Positions 1 through 12,569 of a DNA stretch of 20,884 nt are shown here, piece by piece. Under the pieces are notes generated by a model. It had not been told where the DNA came from. It made no database searches and was given only the letters and a program-made list of their open reading frames with translations. The position numbers and the translations under genes were made by a program. Origin of the DNA: Catajapyx aquilonaris (taxonomy: Eukaryota). Location of the stretch: the NCBI GenBank assembly GCA_000934665.2, contig JYFJ02000741.1, forward strand, positions 124,001-144,884, written 5' to 3'. The first letter of the stretch is position 1. Each line of letters opens with the position of its first letter.

Positions 1-610
1 CGCTTGAATGGCTTTTGGTAGAAGCCGATCGGGGGTAAAAGTTTGGAACAAGGTGTCGCTCCCCGTTGCACTCATCTTTTTCTGGAAGGGGGGGAAAAAG
101 CCAAGATTATTTCAAGCTAAAGGATGCCACGCGCAGAAACTGATCTTAGGCGAAAAAGCTCAGGTTTGCCAACAAAAAGCCCTACAAGTGCGGCTTAACT
201 TTCACCTTCGTTCCAGTCCAGGGCTATACCGGGTGCGGTGTGGGGGTGCTTATCTCAAGTTAAGGAGGCCTCCTCGTTGTCCTGAAATTGAGCGACATGG
301 TTTGGCACTTGGCTGTATAGGGATGCAAGCGGTGGAGCGCGAAATGTGATGATAACATGGCTATTTTGTTTCGGGAACATGAAAAATTTGAGTATCTTTT
401 ACTATATGAGCTATAGCTGAATAAGGTGGAGGCAGTGATTTGCAGGCTACAAGATCCCACGCGGACTGTATCTGCTTAGGGTACAGTATTCAGTCAAGGA
501 CCTCTAGAGGTTATTCTCCCTTCGCAACTTCTTTGTAATTTGATGGCCACAGTTTTGGACATAATTATTCGCTACACCTGTTTAAACATGCTGATTATTC
601 CTGGTTGTTG

Positions 611-1789
611 GTGGGAAGTTCAAAGTTCCGAGTTTTCACTGGCGATTTTGTAAGCTCGCTGCCCAGATTAACTGGTTATTTTTAAGTCAGTAACCGACTG
701 AGGTACCATATGAGATGTTCACAAAGTGATTTGCCTGTTGCAATCTAGCACATCTTGCCAATTCCTGCTTGCCAGAAGGTATGTAAGGAACGTCTGTGAT
801 GTAGAAGGAAATGACAGTTTATTGACCTTAAAGAGCTGACTGTGTTTAACCAACCTATACTAAGTACAACACTTCCCACTATTACTAATGAGTGCCCTTT
901 AACCCCTATGTACTAATCATTAAATCTGCATGTTTAATGGGTAGTAAGATGCTTCAGTGACTGTTTGGAAAACATCATAAAACTTTTACATAACAATTTT
1001 CATTTTTTTGCCAAAGGCTGATGGTTGTTTTCAACTGAACACTTCTCACTTTCCCTGCAAGAATATTCAGTACACTGTAATTAAATCATGACACAACTGC
1101 CTACAACAGCCAAGATGTTTGTACAGGGTGCCAGGTCAAAACCTCTCCTCCTCGGCCTAGCAGTGGAGCCAAGCCCCTGCATTATGCGTGCCCTGCTTCA
1201 CTTGAATGTCAGAGAGTTAAGATTTTAACAGTAAAATAATTAATGAACATAAAGTGGGACACAGAGGTGTTGGCGTGACTCCAAGAGCGGGGAGGCTGCA
1301 TTACGCAACTCACAAGCAGCGTATGAAGTCGAATCAAGAGTCTCCATGCATCTTTCATTCCTCCTGGAGCCTAAGGGAGTTTCTCAGTTCCTGTCCTTCA
1401 TATCAGTTGGGTCCTTCCCACTAAAATTCTCCTATTAAACATTCCAATCTGTGCTGGACAGTCGCCCCGGTGAACGAGCACAGACCTTGTTCCCACCCTA
1501 ATCGAATCTCGCTGATTGGAAGGCAATGATGAGCATCCTCCTTCCTCCCCCGCGTTTCCCACAATCCAACAGGTCCACAGGGCTCGGAAAAGCCCACTAG
1601 GACCCGGAGGAGAAGTCACATCTGTCAGCTCCAAACCGGCCTTAAAACCGACTCCTGCTTGTTAACAACCGAACCCAGCCTACAACCAGTTACGGCATAC
1701 GAATCGTGACGTAGCCAGTGATTTGTTAAATACCATTTATTTCAATAGTGGTGAGCTTCTGAGAGCTGGGGCGTCTTCATATTTCCCAC
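611..1789. promoter_or_regulatory. Cluster of CSL/Su(H)/RBPJ-type core sites (GTGRGAA); candidate Notch-responsive element
   Basis: GTGGGAA at 611; TTCCCAC at 873, 1415, 1490, 1556 and 1783; TTCTCAC at 1043. Motif matches only; no functional data. Confidence 0.35.
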
Positions 1790-1894
1790 TCTGCTCCATC
1801 AGGTCCATGCAGCCTCTCGCTGGATCGATTCCTCTTTCCACGTAGCCCCACCTTGCCTGGGGTGCATGAACCGGTCCTCTCTCTGCTTTTCCAG

Positions 1895-2020
1895 TCGCAC
1901 TCACGCATGTTGTACGTGTACGCACGCACACCTGCGCCGATGTCAAGCACAGCCGGAGAGTCGGTTCGGAACGTGGTTTTCACAAAGTTTTGCTCCGGCT
2001 TACAACAATACGGCGGTCTG
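1895..2020 (+). other. Candidate exon (126 nt), coding status unknown
   Basis: Acceptor-like TCCTCTCTCTGCTTTTCCAG ends at 1894 and donor-like CTG|GTACGT sits at 2020/2021. The interior is CpG-rich and has no stop codon in any forward frame. Confidence 0.3.
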
Positions 2021-2237
2021 GTACGTGTGGGCGAAAACTGGAGGTAGCATATGCTCATTTGGTTGAATAACCAATATTGCCAGAATATATTCCAGAAAAA
2101 TGGTCAATATTGCTGATTTTTCAGGATTTGGTAGAGTGGATTTGAAGTGCGCACTTGTAACTTGCGGGTGATCCCGAATGATTGATTTGTCTCATTAGCA
2201 TTCACCACCGATTCGCCCGTCTGCAGCAACCATTCCA

Positions 2238-2248
2238 GGGGGGGGGGG
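2238..2248. repeat. G11 homopolymer
   Basis: 11 consecutive G residues. Confidence 0.9.
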
Positions 2249-4129
2249 TCCCATCCACTTCATTAAAAATTTAAACCTGTCAGTAACGAATACCCCCCCC
2301 TTTCGCGTTGGAAACAACACGCAATTTTTACACCGCGGGTGCCACCGTCGCAATCCCATTTCGACGATTATTAACACCAACCCCTCTCGTTGAAATGGTA
2401 GCGAATATTAAGCAGGGATTTTTCCCCCCCCGCGAACTCTCATTTTTCGTATGATTGTCAACATGGATAAAGTAGAGGCCCTTACGTCGCATCAATTCTG
2501 GAGGGCGAATCACACCTTGGCGTCTCCAAAACGGTGGACCTCAGAGGACCATCTATCTGAGCGCCAGAAAATTTATGACTCGCTGAGAATGGCGTTATCG
2601 AGATTGTCTTCTGGCCCTTTCCAAGAACAAAAAGCCAGGTCTGAATAGGGCGGGGAAGTCATGTATTAACGAGGAAGCCTAACCCGCTCTGGTGGGTTAA
2701 TTGATAAATTTTTTTACCAGCGTATAGACCGGTGATGTGTTGCAAGCACGTGCTTTATGGGCTTGGTTAATGTGCATTATGTGACGCTAAGGATGAAATA
2801 CAGATAATTTTGGGTGGAGCGAATGCGGATTTACAAGGTGTGCTATGAAAATGGGGGCAGTGCAGCCCCAGGTTTAGGGATATGGAAATTATTCATTGGG
2901 TGACACCTTATCGTACGTTTTTTTGTGATTTGGGCGTAGCATATTAGGCAGGATTAATGGTTACATACGCTGTGTATCGAGCATAAAAAGGTCCCCGACT
3001 GGCTATGAGTAATGGTTCACCCATGTTGTTCCGGCCCACCAAATCGTGTCGTACTTCACCGAGGGCACCTATAAGATAGGCCCAAATGTGTGTGCACTGA
3101 GGAAAAGGCTCTTGCTGTACAGCCCAAGGGACGTGGAGAGCCCCATGAAAGGCTGACAAACAGAGATTAGCCTGGAGCTAGTTCGGGGATGGGGTGACAG
3201 CAAAACGCAGTTGTCGTAACCACCTGAGTGATGATGCCCATTGTTGGACCGGACTTGGGACCGGCGACACCTGATCCAGGAGAAGACCGAATTCTGCTCA
3301 GGTCGTAAAGGACTATCTGTTCGTCCGAGACGTCCATTAGGGCCAATGAAGAGCCCATCTTTGGGAGGAAGGGAAGAGGTCTATATACATATCGCAGTAT
3401 TCTGACCTACCATGACAAAAAATATTTGAACAAACTGTCTGTTTGCTCAAAAATATTTGCACGATATTTTGTGTCCATGAATGCGAATGCATGAGCGTGT
3501 ACTGTACATATTTCGCAGAAATTGCGCGAAAAGTTAGTTGGCCCTGCATTATGATGATGATAGGATAATCCTTTTCGGCTTGCACTCGATGATGGAAATG
3601 TATTATCTTTTGTGAGTGGGTATCGATTTTTAATAACGCATTTTTTTGGGAGGAGACCCGGGAAACACCACATTCTGTTGCCCATGTAACTGATCACAAT
3701 GTTAAGTCTATTATACTATATGTGGCCGGTTTCTCTGTTGCTTTTGTCATCCAAGTTATGCCTTGTGGGTTTTTCAACCATGTTGCACTTTTTTCGGGGC
3801 GGATTGGAACACCAGGGATGGACCACCCGGCAATCATTGAATTTGCATCGTGCTTCGACGGGGACAGCCTGCTAAACATCGGACCATGATAATTTTTGGC
3901 AACAAAAATGGGTATACACACATCCCTGGTTCAGTAACTATGTGAGAACTGTCACCTGTCTGAAAGGATGCCATTGGGACTGATAAAGCTGGTTGGCTGC
4001 ACATTGCCTGTTTACAAGCTCATTTATCACACACAGCATGTGCTTTTGTTTCCATTCTATAAAGAGGATTGGTTGGTAGCATTGTATTGCAATGGAAGAT
4101 AGCCAGCACGTACTGGCCATTAATTAGCA

Positions 4130-4151
4130 AGAGAGAGAGAGAGAGAGAGAG
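4130..4151. repeat. (AG)11 microsatellite
   Basis: Perfect dinucleotide run read directly from the sequence. Confidence 0.95.
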
Positions 4152-7100
4152 CTGTGTTTCATGATTATACTGATGAGACCTCGACGGCTCTGGGAGAGAG
4201 ACAGAATTGGGAAAAGTCCGTAGTTTTTTTTTCAGCTGTCATTCCAACCGTGCGGTATGGGAGTTATTAGCAAAAATGACACATCACTGGGCTGATGATG
4301 GACCCCTAATTGTAATTAGTCCATTTCTAATGAGGTGAGTTGGCATGTTTTTTTTCTAAAGAGCTCATTCAAAGGTGTAAATTAACCGCTGTGCAAGGAA
4401 ATGTTATTTCGATATTGAGTCGAAAATGTCCTGTACACTTGGCAAGCTGCTCCTGAATATGTATGGACACATGATATATTGTACTGTACAAGCCAATTGG
4501 CCATGATGGAAGTTTCCATTCACTGACGCAAAATGGGTCGTGACAACAACACCTGAACATTGACTGGAATTGATGGCAGTTTTTCGTATTGAGAAGGAAA
4601 CTGAGCAGACCTGCAGGCCACCTGGAGAGACTTGTTATATCGAAGCCTTTACCAAATTGAAGTCAAAGACTATCCAACACTTGTACAATTTCGCAAATTT
4701 CTCTTAACTCTCATAAAGGGCTGAGCTCCTTCGCATGCCTGCTCATATAATATTACATCAAAGAAACAAAGAAAGAGTATTGCTCCCACGTACCGCTCAA
4801 GGTTTCAATTACACAGCCAAAAGCTTTGGAGTAGGCAAAGAAATAATTAAACAGGTTTTACCTCACCCGTACAGCAAGGGCTCTCCACTTCGGCTCAGCA
4901 GGCTTAGAGTCGTATAAGGTGCTATCTAAGTTGAAAAAAATGCGTGACGTTGTGTTGTAATATAGTATATAGATGTTTTCTACCCCTGTCGACCTTGTCT
5001 TCTGCAAAACATACGTTCATGTTTACCATTTTTCCAGTCCTGCAGAAAAGTGAAACAAGGGCAGGAGGTGACGCCACCGCCATTATTTTGTGTCCCCCAT
5101 AATGCCCCGCAGTTAGATCCGCCTCCCTGGAATGACACCCATCTGCCTGGGTCAGGCCTCCATTACTGTGTCCGACCTCAGTCTGGTATGGGCAAAACGG
5201 TCCCCCTAGAAACAATCAGGCCTCGCGGAAATGAATTTCGCCACCAGCAACCCGCAGGTAAAAGCACTGAGCATTTGGCCCGCAAATGGACACCGGAGTG
5301 CATGCCTGTGCACCCGGATGTTTTTTTTTTTGCTGCAAGCTGTCGAAACCTTGGCCCAGGGGCCATTACTGAGAGCCAAAATAATCCGTACGGAGTGTAA
5401 GTATGTGAATTATTAATCTGAAATGGGAACAAGCGTTTTCTCTAGGCGACGATTACCAGGGATTGTAATCGCATTGTGGGTGAGTTAAATTTTTTTGAAG
5501 CTGTCAATTGGAAAACGGCTTCTGGTCAGACTCTCAGTTCAGCAGACCGTGTTTGGCCCTTATCAGCCGCGGTTCAGCTGCATTGTGGTGGGCCACGAAA
5601 TTGAATCAAGCCGGTTTTTTCCTCCCAAAAAATGAGCCAGGAACTTTTCACATATCCTGGTACATGACAGCGTCAGAAAATGTTGGGTGGTGATAATTTG
5701 CACTTCATATTGAGCCAGGAACAAAAGTGGTGCCAATTTTCAGCCGCAGATACCGGAGGTTGGATATGGGGTTGGGTGTCCCGTGACCACGGACATTAGT
5801 CCTGTCCAAGTCGGACCGCAGCCTTGCCACTTGTCCACTAGGACCGTACATCTTGCGGCCGCTTGGGAGCCACTAGTCACGTTCCTTTGGGATGCTGCTC
5901 GGAGTGGGAAAGAGATAATGTTGCACGGTGTAGGTAACTGGTGTTACAAAGTCTGGCCACGACCTTACTTATTGAAAATGCCTTAGAAAAGTAAAGATCC
6001 AAGTGACGTCACAATCATCATAAAAGCGAGGAAACCAACAAAATAATGCTTTAAAATGTGACACTTGTGGTTTCGTTTGAATTAACAGCTTTGTCATGCA
6101 TAATGTGGCGGTTGAGAGTGGTGTGCGCAATGCATTCTGTGTGACGTGTAATTTTCATATCAACGTCGTCGGTGGAGTACCGAGCATTAATTCCAATTAC
6201 GCGCTTGATGGCTGGATGTAATGCAACTTGTGCCGTTCGTCAATTCTTCATTACGTATGATAACGCGAGTGCCACTTTGTTCTAGGGCAAAGAGCAATAT
6301 TATATTGCTATTGATGTTTGTGGTGCATCTGAGAAAAAGGGCTCATGACACTGAGATTTTCATAAAAATTGCGATTTCAAGAAATTACGCAATATGACGC
6401 ACACAATAATGCCATACATTTGCGAAAAACAATCATACGTTGTTTGAAGCGAACTGTACCAACTCAAAGTTTTGCGTGACTTCTCGCAAGCCCGACTTAC
6501 TCCCGCAAATAGGATTGCAAGTGATTTCTCGAAACCCAAAGCTCTGTGCTCGCGACATTAAACCTTCGAAAGCTAATTAGGCATCTGCAATACATAAAGC
6601 TTAACCACCTGCCGCAAGGCCTTGTTGCCTGTTATTATGTCACACGCAGCCAGCTCTAGCTCGGATATTGAAATTCCACCTAGAAATTAGAGTCCAACCG
6701 CGGCAATTTTTCTTGCTCAGCAAGGCGCCCCATTTTTCCGCCTAATTAAACGCGACATGTTTCCAGGAAGAAATTACAATCTTCCCTCCCTTTTATCCCG
6801 GCAAGATGCGCGTCTTCCAGAAAACCGATTTATACCAGTTGTAGGAAGAACACGTTGACTGAGCCCCCCCATTAGTCTCCTTCTATGCCAACCCCCATTG
6901 TGTAGAACCCCATTAAGTTTCTAAGTCAGGGTCGCATCGTTTACATTCTCAGAAAAACTATTTCCAGTTTTTAGACGGGGGGGAATGTAAGGATATGAGT
7001 GTGAAAAGATGATCCGGAACGAAGTCGCTTATGTGTTTGCCATGACGACAAAGGCCACTAGAAGGCTAGTCACGAAGTGCTTTCCTTCCGCAGGGCTGCC

Positions 7101-10100
7101 ACCAGGAGGAAAGAAATGGCTTCATTTTGCCAAGAAGATTATTCCGACAGGCTCTTAGCCAGTTTATGGAAATTGAGTCTATTTTATTCCAGTTTTATTT
7201 TTTTTGAGGTCTTGTCATATCCCAGGAGACTTAAGTTAAGGAGGACAGCAAGTTGGAGTTTTTTAAAAAAATATCTGGGGCAGTGGACACTAATTCGTTG
7301 CAAATTTCCAGAATAATTGAGTTTAGTTAGTGCTGCATTTATTTCTATCTCAAGCCAGGACTCGGGGTACACCATGGTGCAACTTTGGGTGCTCCCAAAA
7401 GACTTGATTTGCCGCTAACATGAACTGGCAAACTGAGTTTCAGGGAGAGAAAGTTTACGTCATATTTCAGACTAATGAGTAGCAAACACCGCTGCGGTAA
7501 TTAAAAATGCTAGAGAAGGGGGTGGCCCTGGGAGGCCATTCTCTTGGCTATGGCGCCAGCTCTCTTGAACCGAAATGCATTTTTATTTTTTGAAAAAAAG
7601 CAAGGGGTGGATGCAGCCATAATACGACATTCCATGGCCACCGTATCCGAAGGGGAAACCTCACACTTTGTTTCAGTTTATGGACCACCGAAATGGATTT
7701 CTGCGAGTGAGAGGATCGCGATCATCCAGGAAAATAATTATATTGGATGGTAGTGAAGAACAACGGACAAAATAACAGTCAGTGTTAACTAACAAATAGA
7801 ACACAGAGTCGAAATCCCAGGCAATAAATTGGAATTGGCGTCATAAATTTTAACATTGGCAGTAATTGTTGGAATGATGCTGTTAAAGCCTTAGAGTGAG
7901 TGTGTGATTTAAATTTTGGCACAAAAAGGAACTTTAACGATAGGTAACTCCTCTACTATTGTACAGTACAGTAATAGTTTTTAACATTGCCTTTAAAAAA
8001 TTACTTGTAACTTACATACAAATTTTCAACGTAATATATTATATGGACATTTGTGTACAGCTTTATTACATTTAAAATTGCAAATTATCTAATATATTGT
8101 CCAAATATTTTTAAAAAAATTATTTGGCGATTTCTAACCAAGTTTAATTTATACAGGCCTACATATTGTTAGGTATGGCCTCGCAAAAATAATATTTCAG
8201 CCAAATAGGATCATGCGACAGATTAATTTTTGAATTTTCCCATCATCATATTAATACCCTGCTGGAGCTATTGGCACATTAAATAATTTTTAACACATTA
8301 TAGTTTTGTCAATAATCAGCAGATAAACAATACAGCAATTAAAGCGCGGTCACACTGCGCTGTAAATCGCCAAATGTTTGTATTATTGGCACCAAACGCC
8401 CAATATCTGATGACATATTATATTTGGTAAGCTGTTAATTTTAGTAGCTTTGTTTTAAAAAGGGCTGTAGTATCGGATAAAAATGGTATAATTGCTTCCA
8501 ACTGAAACCTGCTGTGCACTTGCATCCGCCTCTACAATTAATAATTGCAAGTTTGCAGTATTGAACAAGAGCGGTTATCCGCGCTTTCAATTACCCGATG
8601 CGGTCACGACCTACTCTACCCGCCCGATATAATCGCCAAACATCGTAATTATTGCGTCGTTTATCTCACCCAACCGCAGCTTAACATCAAAGTGAGACTA
8701 TTGTTGCCATGCTGGAATAATTATATCAGATCTGTCATGATGTCTGAAGGGAAATGTCCCAAAATTTTGGCTATGTTTTGACCCACATGGGTTCGAGTTT
8801 TGTCTCCATCGAGGCACCAACCACCTCGTAAGAAATTTACTGGTTTTGTGGTTGGGGGAATCTCGGTGGCACGCTGGTGCTAGTGGGGGAACCGGTTTTA
8901 AAATTAATTACGTTCCGGGGGCCTTGCCGCGCATTCATTGCGGGTTTCCATACTTTGGCTTTTGGCTTTTGGAGCCCCTGGAGATTTCGGACACGTGGGC
9001 CAAGTTGGCCGACCCGGAACGCGCGGCGTATTAATATTCAGTGGAAATGGCGACATCGGACTGTTGCTAAGCCACGAGGTTAAGCTGACCTTAAACCATG
9101 TTGTCTCTTGATCCGGATCGGCGGTCTCAACGTGGTTCAAAAAAGGGGGAATTCTTTGCTTCCGGTAAGGTAAAAAATGGTTGGCATTCACTATGAGCAT
9201 GGTGATTGCACGTAGCCAGCTAAATGAGCATTTTGGGATCAAAATAATAAAATACATAACACGATCCAAGGAATATCTTATGAAAATTTACTATAAATTT
9301 ACCATTGAATATAATATTAATAATTATTAGCATTGTTTTATTGCAAATAGTTGTTTTTCTGTTGACATATTATCAGACCCTTTTCAAATGTTTATAATTA
9401 TTTAAAAATTATAATGTCAATGTTCAACATAGTTAGTGCCCATAAAAGAGACATAAACGTTTAACATACAAATTATTACGCACAATGATTTAATTGAGTT
9501 GTACGTTTCAGTACAGGTAAATGTCACGATGCTGTTGTTGTGTTCATCAAAATACGCAGTTTGTAAATTAATACGGATATTTTAAATGATATTAATTCTT
9601 CTGGCCATATAGATTTGTGGGCACGGCAATCACTTTTATTTATGCAGTATAAACACTATTTATATCATTACATTTTTTCGTTCACCTGTAAGCATCTTGT
9701 GCACAACAAGTTCCAGTGATTACAGTGTATATATAACTGGTTCCAGGATAAGTCAACTAATCTGGATCCAAACTTCATGAAACATCAACATCACCAGGAT
9801 TTACTTCGCATAGTATCTCGGATTTTCATATCGGTTCAGTGTTATTTACGCTCGTTAAATTTTTTACAAAGTTGTCAATTTGCGAAGTAGAAAGACGGGA
9901 TTTGTGCAGCGTGATGGAAATATTATCCTAATGCTTCATTATGCGGAGAAAACATGTCTGCTTGCTTCTGACGAGTTACATGACTGAAATTTGTTTCAGA
10001 AAGTGCGTTTTATTGTGCTTCTGCCTTGTGTTTGCAGTGCTTGGGGGGAGCCGCGGGTTTCTAATTAATATTTAAGCTAAAGATGAGGCCAGAATTCCTG

Positions 10101-12524
10101 ACGGATCCTAGCGATAATTTCCATTCTCTGCCCCGGTTCAGCTGAAGTGCTGTTCATTATGCAAATTTGCCGGCGCCTTACTCTTATTACAAATGGCGCT
10201 GGGGGTCCGCCAAAAATAAATAACTACGGGAGAGAATGTGTTAACGCTGAGGTCTGATTGTTAAAGGAATGCACGTTGAGAATTGCTCAGTGACTTTTAA
10301 AACGGAAGGTTAAAACCGGATCGCAGGCTTGGAATTGTGCATGTCAAGTTGTCTATTTATCTTCAAAGTACAGTATATGTAGCCTGAACATTCAACACTG
10401 TATGCTGTCTAGTATTGACAAGCCTCACTGTAGGTTTACAACCGCAGCACAATCCTGTTTTTTCTAACCACGTAAATGCCGCAAAGATTCAGTTTTATTT
10501 AATGTCAAAGCAATAGTGACAGGTGACAGGTGAGCACTTAAAGTTTTAAAAGGCTTGCTTTCAATGTGCGAATGCTTAAGGTAGCCTGCTGTACTAATAC
10601 TGATTTGTCACTTTTGTATAAATTCAGCAGAGAATTTTCATTTTGCCCCAGGACATACTTCATAAAAGTTAATAGATGTAGTACAATGTTCATGCTCAAG
10701 CGGCATAATATTATATACGCTATTATTTTTCAAACACTCTTGTTTACATGAATATTGCCGGTATGGAGGAAAATGCGAGCATATACTTTATCATTATTCA
10801 GTAATATAACAACGAGAGTAACTTATGCAAATTTATTATTGCATGCTGAAGCAACGAGGCGCTTCCAGGCATTCATTGTTGAGTTCGTTTAGTTGTTTAG
10901 CAGAATATTTAATAACTATGCTTAGGCAAAGGTTAGGGGGCGGGGGACTTGCAGCAGAGGCGGAAGGGGACGCAAAAACTCTGCTTAGAGCCGAAACTTA
11001 CTTCATCTGACTCTATGCAGGGTGGTGTATTTCCCAAATCCTCATTTTTGTAATGTTGTAAAAGGATCACATTCACAAAGGTTGGCAAAGGCAACCCTGC
11101 CATCAGTGGTAGTACATGAAACATGCTTATATATTTTAACCATACTGGCAGCAAGCTTAGCATAAATTCAACCCACAGTATTAAGGCCCCCGCAATTAGC
11201 CAGGGCCATTATGAAAACAGCCATATTGTTGTTGTTCCATCGATTGCGTCAACACATTCCAAGTGCAAAGCGTGCTCCCAGAGGCCTGGCTGCTGGTTGT
11301 TGATCGAGTCAGAAAATGAGTCCCCAGGAGCTGATGACCGCCAGCGACCCCGGTGACCCCTCACGCCGAGCACTTGGTTGTCCTTTGTACCCCTAGGTTA
11401 GGACTGGGCCATAAATCCGGGACGAAGCGGAGCCAGGCCCGCAATCATTCCATCGTGATCTGCGAGTCATCAGGCCGTTAATTAGCCAGAGAACCCCCCC
11501 ACCAACCAACCAGGCGCAGTAAAGTAGACGACACGGTGTTGCATAACCCTCAGGTTTCGCACCACCGAAAATGGCTAAATGAAACTGGATAACCGTGGAC
11601 CCCGCTAACTTTCTGTCTGCTCCGGTGTGCTAAAGACGGAGACTTTTCCCTCCACACATTTTGGCCAGGAACAAGTCTCATTACGTGAGGTGTAGGTTCG
11701 GAATTAATGAGGGCAGGGGCCTGTGCACATGCAAGGTCCCCTCCTTGCCAGTTATTAACCAGGGCTGTTTTCGCCTCCGGATTTCTCTTTATAACCCATC
11801 AAAAGCGTGGAAATGGTGTCGCGTTCCTGTGATTTGGATTTTAGTGTCCATTTCTCAATGGGGGTGTGTCGCGCGAAGAACCGCTGCCCATATAGCTCTT
11901 TATAAAGGTGGAGTGAAAAGAGCTGTGAGGTTATACGACGCTGGAGCTCAGATTTCGGACCATTTTAATCCGAAGCTGACACTGATCTGTACTCTCACAT
12001 TAACGCACTATTCAAATTAAACATGGTGATAAATATTGGCAAGGTGAAGCAAATCCACCATAGACAACCATCACGTCGCGGTTCTTCAGCCCATTATAAA
12101 CGTGACGTACTGAGACTCCTTTCAAGTGGATTCAAACATGTTGGCTTGAAGCAGTCTCGTATAGTAATTACATAATATATGCTGGGTTTCAGCTGGATGT
12201 AACGGTTCACTTGGTTTAGATGGCCCATAGCCTATGTGCTTTATAAATTTTAAAAATAGCATGAAATGCTTGCACGTTGTTACCTTTTGAAGTGAATGTA
12301 GCGCCTGCCCTCGTACCCCCCTCTTGCAATATGTAGCTGTACAGTGTTGGAAACCGCATTACCGTACTCGAGAGATTATATGTTACGTGCTCTGGCTCCT
12401 ACTGGGAGCGGAGGAGAACTGAGAGTTTATTTGGGATTAATGTGGTAGTGCTTGCAGTAAAACCTTGGAGCATAACGGATATGAAGAGGCAAAATAAATG
12501 GGCATGCTTCCATCAGCATGTTGT

Positions 12525-12569
12525 CTGCAGAAGGAGAGACAGAGAACAAAGAGAAACAGTATAACTCAC
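12525..12569 (-). other. Candidate 45-nt GT-AG micro-intron (or adjacent donor and acceptor of separate introns)
   Basis: The minus strand reads AGG|GTGAGTTATACTGTTTCTCTTTGTTCTCTGTCTCTCCTTCTGCAG|AC: a consensus donor followed by a long polypyrimidine tract and CAG. Confidence 0.35.

Noticed and set aside
1122..1130. Second TA|CAGGGTG Tc1/mariner-like terminus
   Set aside because: Similarity to the 20625 element stops after 7 nt, and I found no inverted partner or transposase remnant.
5633..5722. 12-bp direct repeat TGAGCCAGGAAC 78 bp apart (similarly GCAAAAATGGGG at 15214 and 15239)
   Set aside because: Only two copies each, with no enclosed element or extended similarity; too little to assign a TSD or function.
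6982..7003. miR-1/206-like GGAATGTAAGGA and other miRNA seed-like matches (e.g. miR-31-like at 751-760, miR-96-like at 301)
   Set aside because: Only the seed-proximal part matches, the 3' part diverges, and no precursor hairpin is visible.
7053..7068. CTCF-like GGCCACTAGAAGGC
   Set aside because: A mismatch in the core and a poor 3' end; a single imperfect motif cannot be supported.
8338..8366. Harbinger-like terminus (TAA-AGCGCGGTCACACTG)
   Set aside because: No matching inverted end found in the window.
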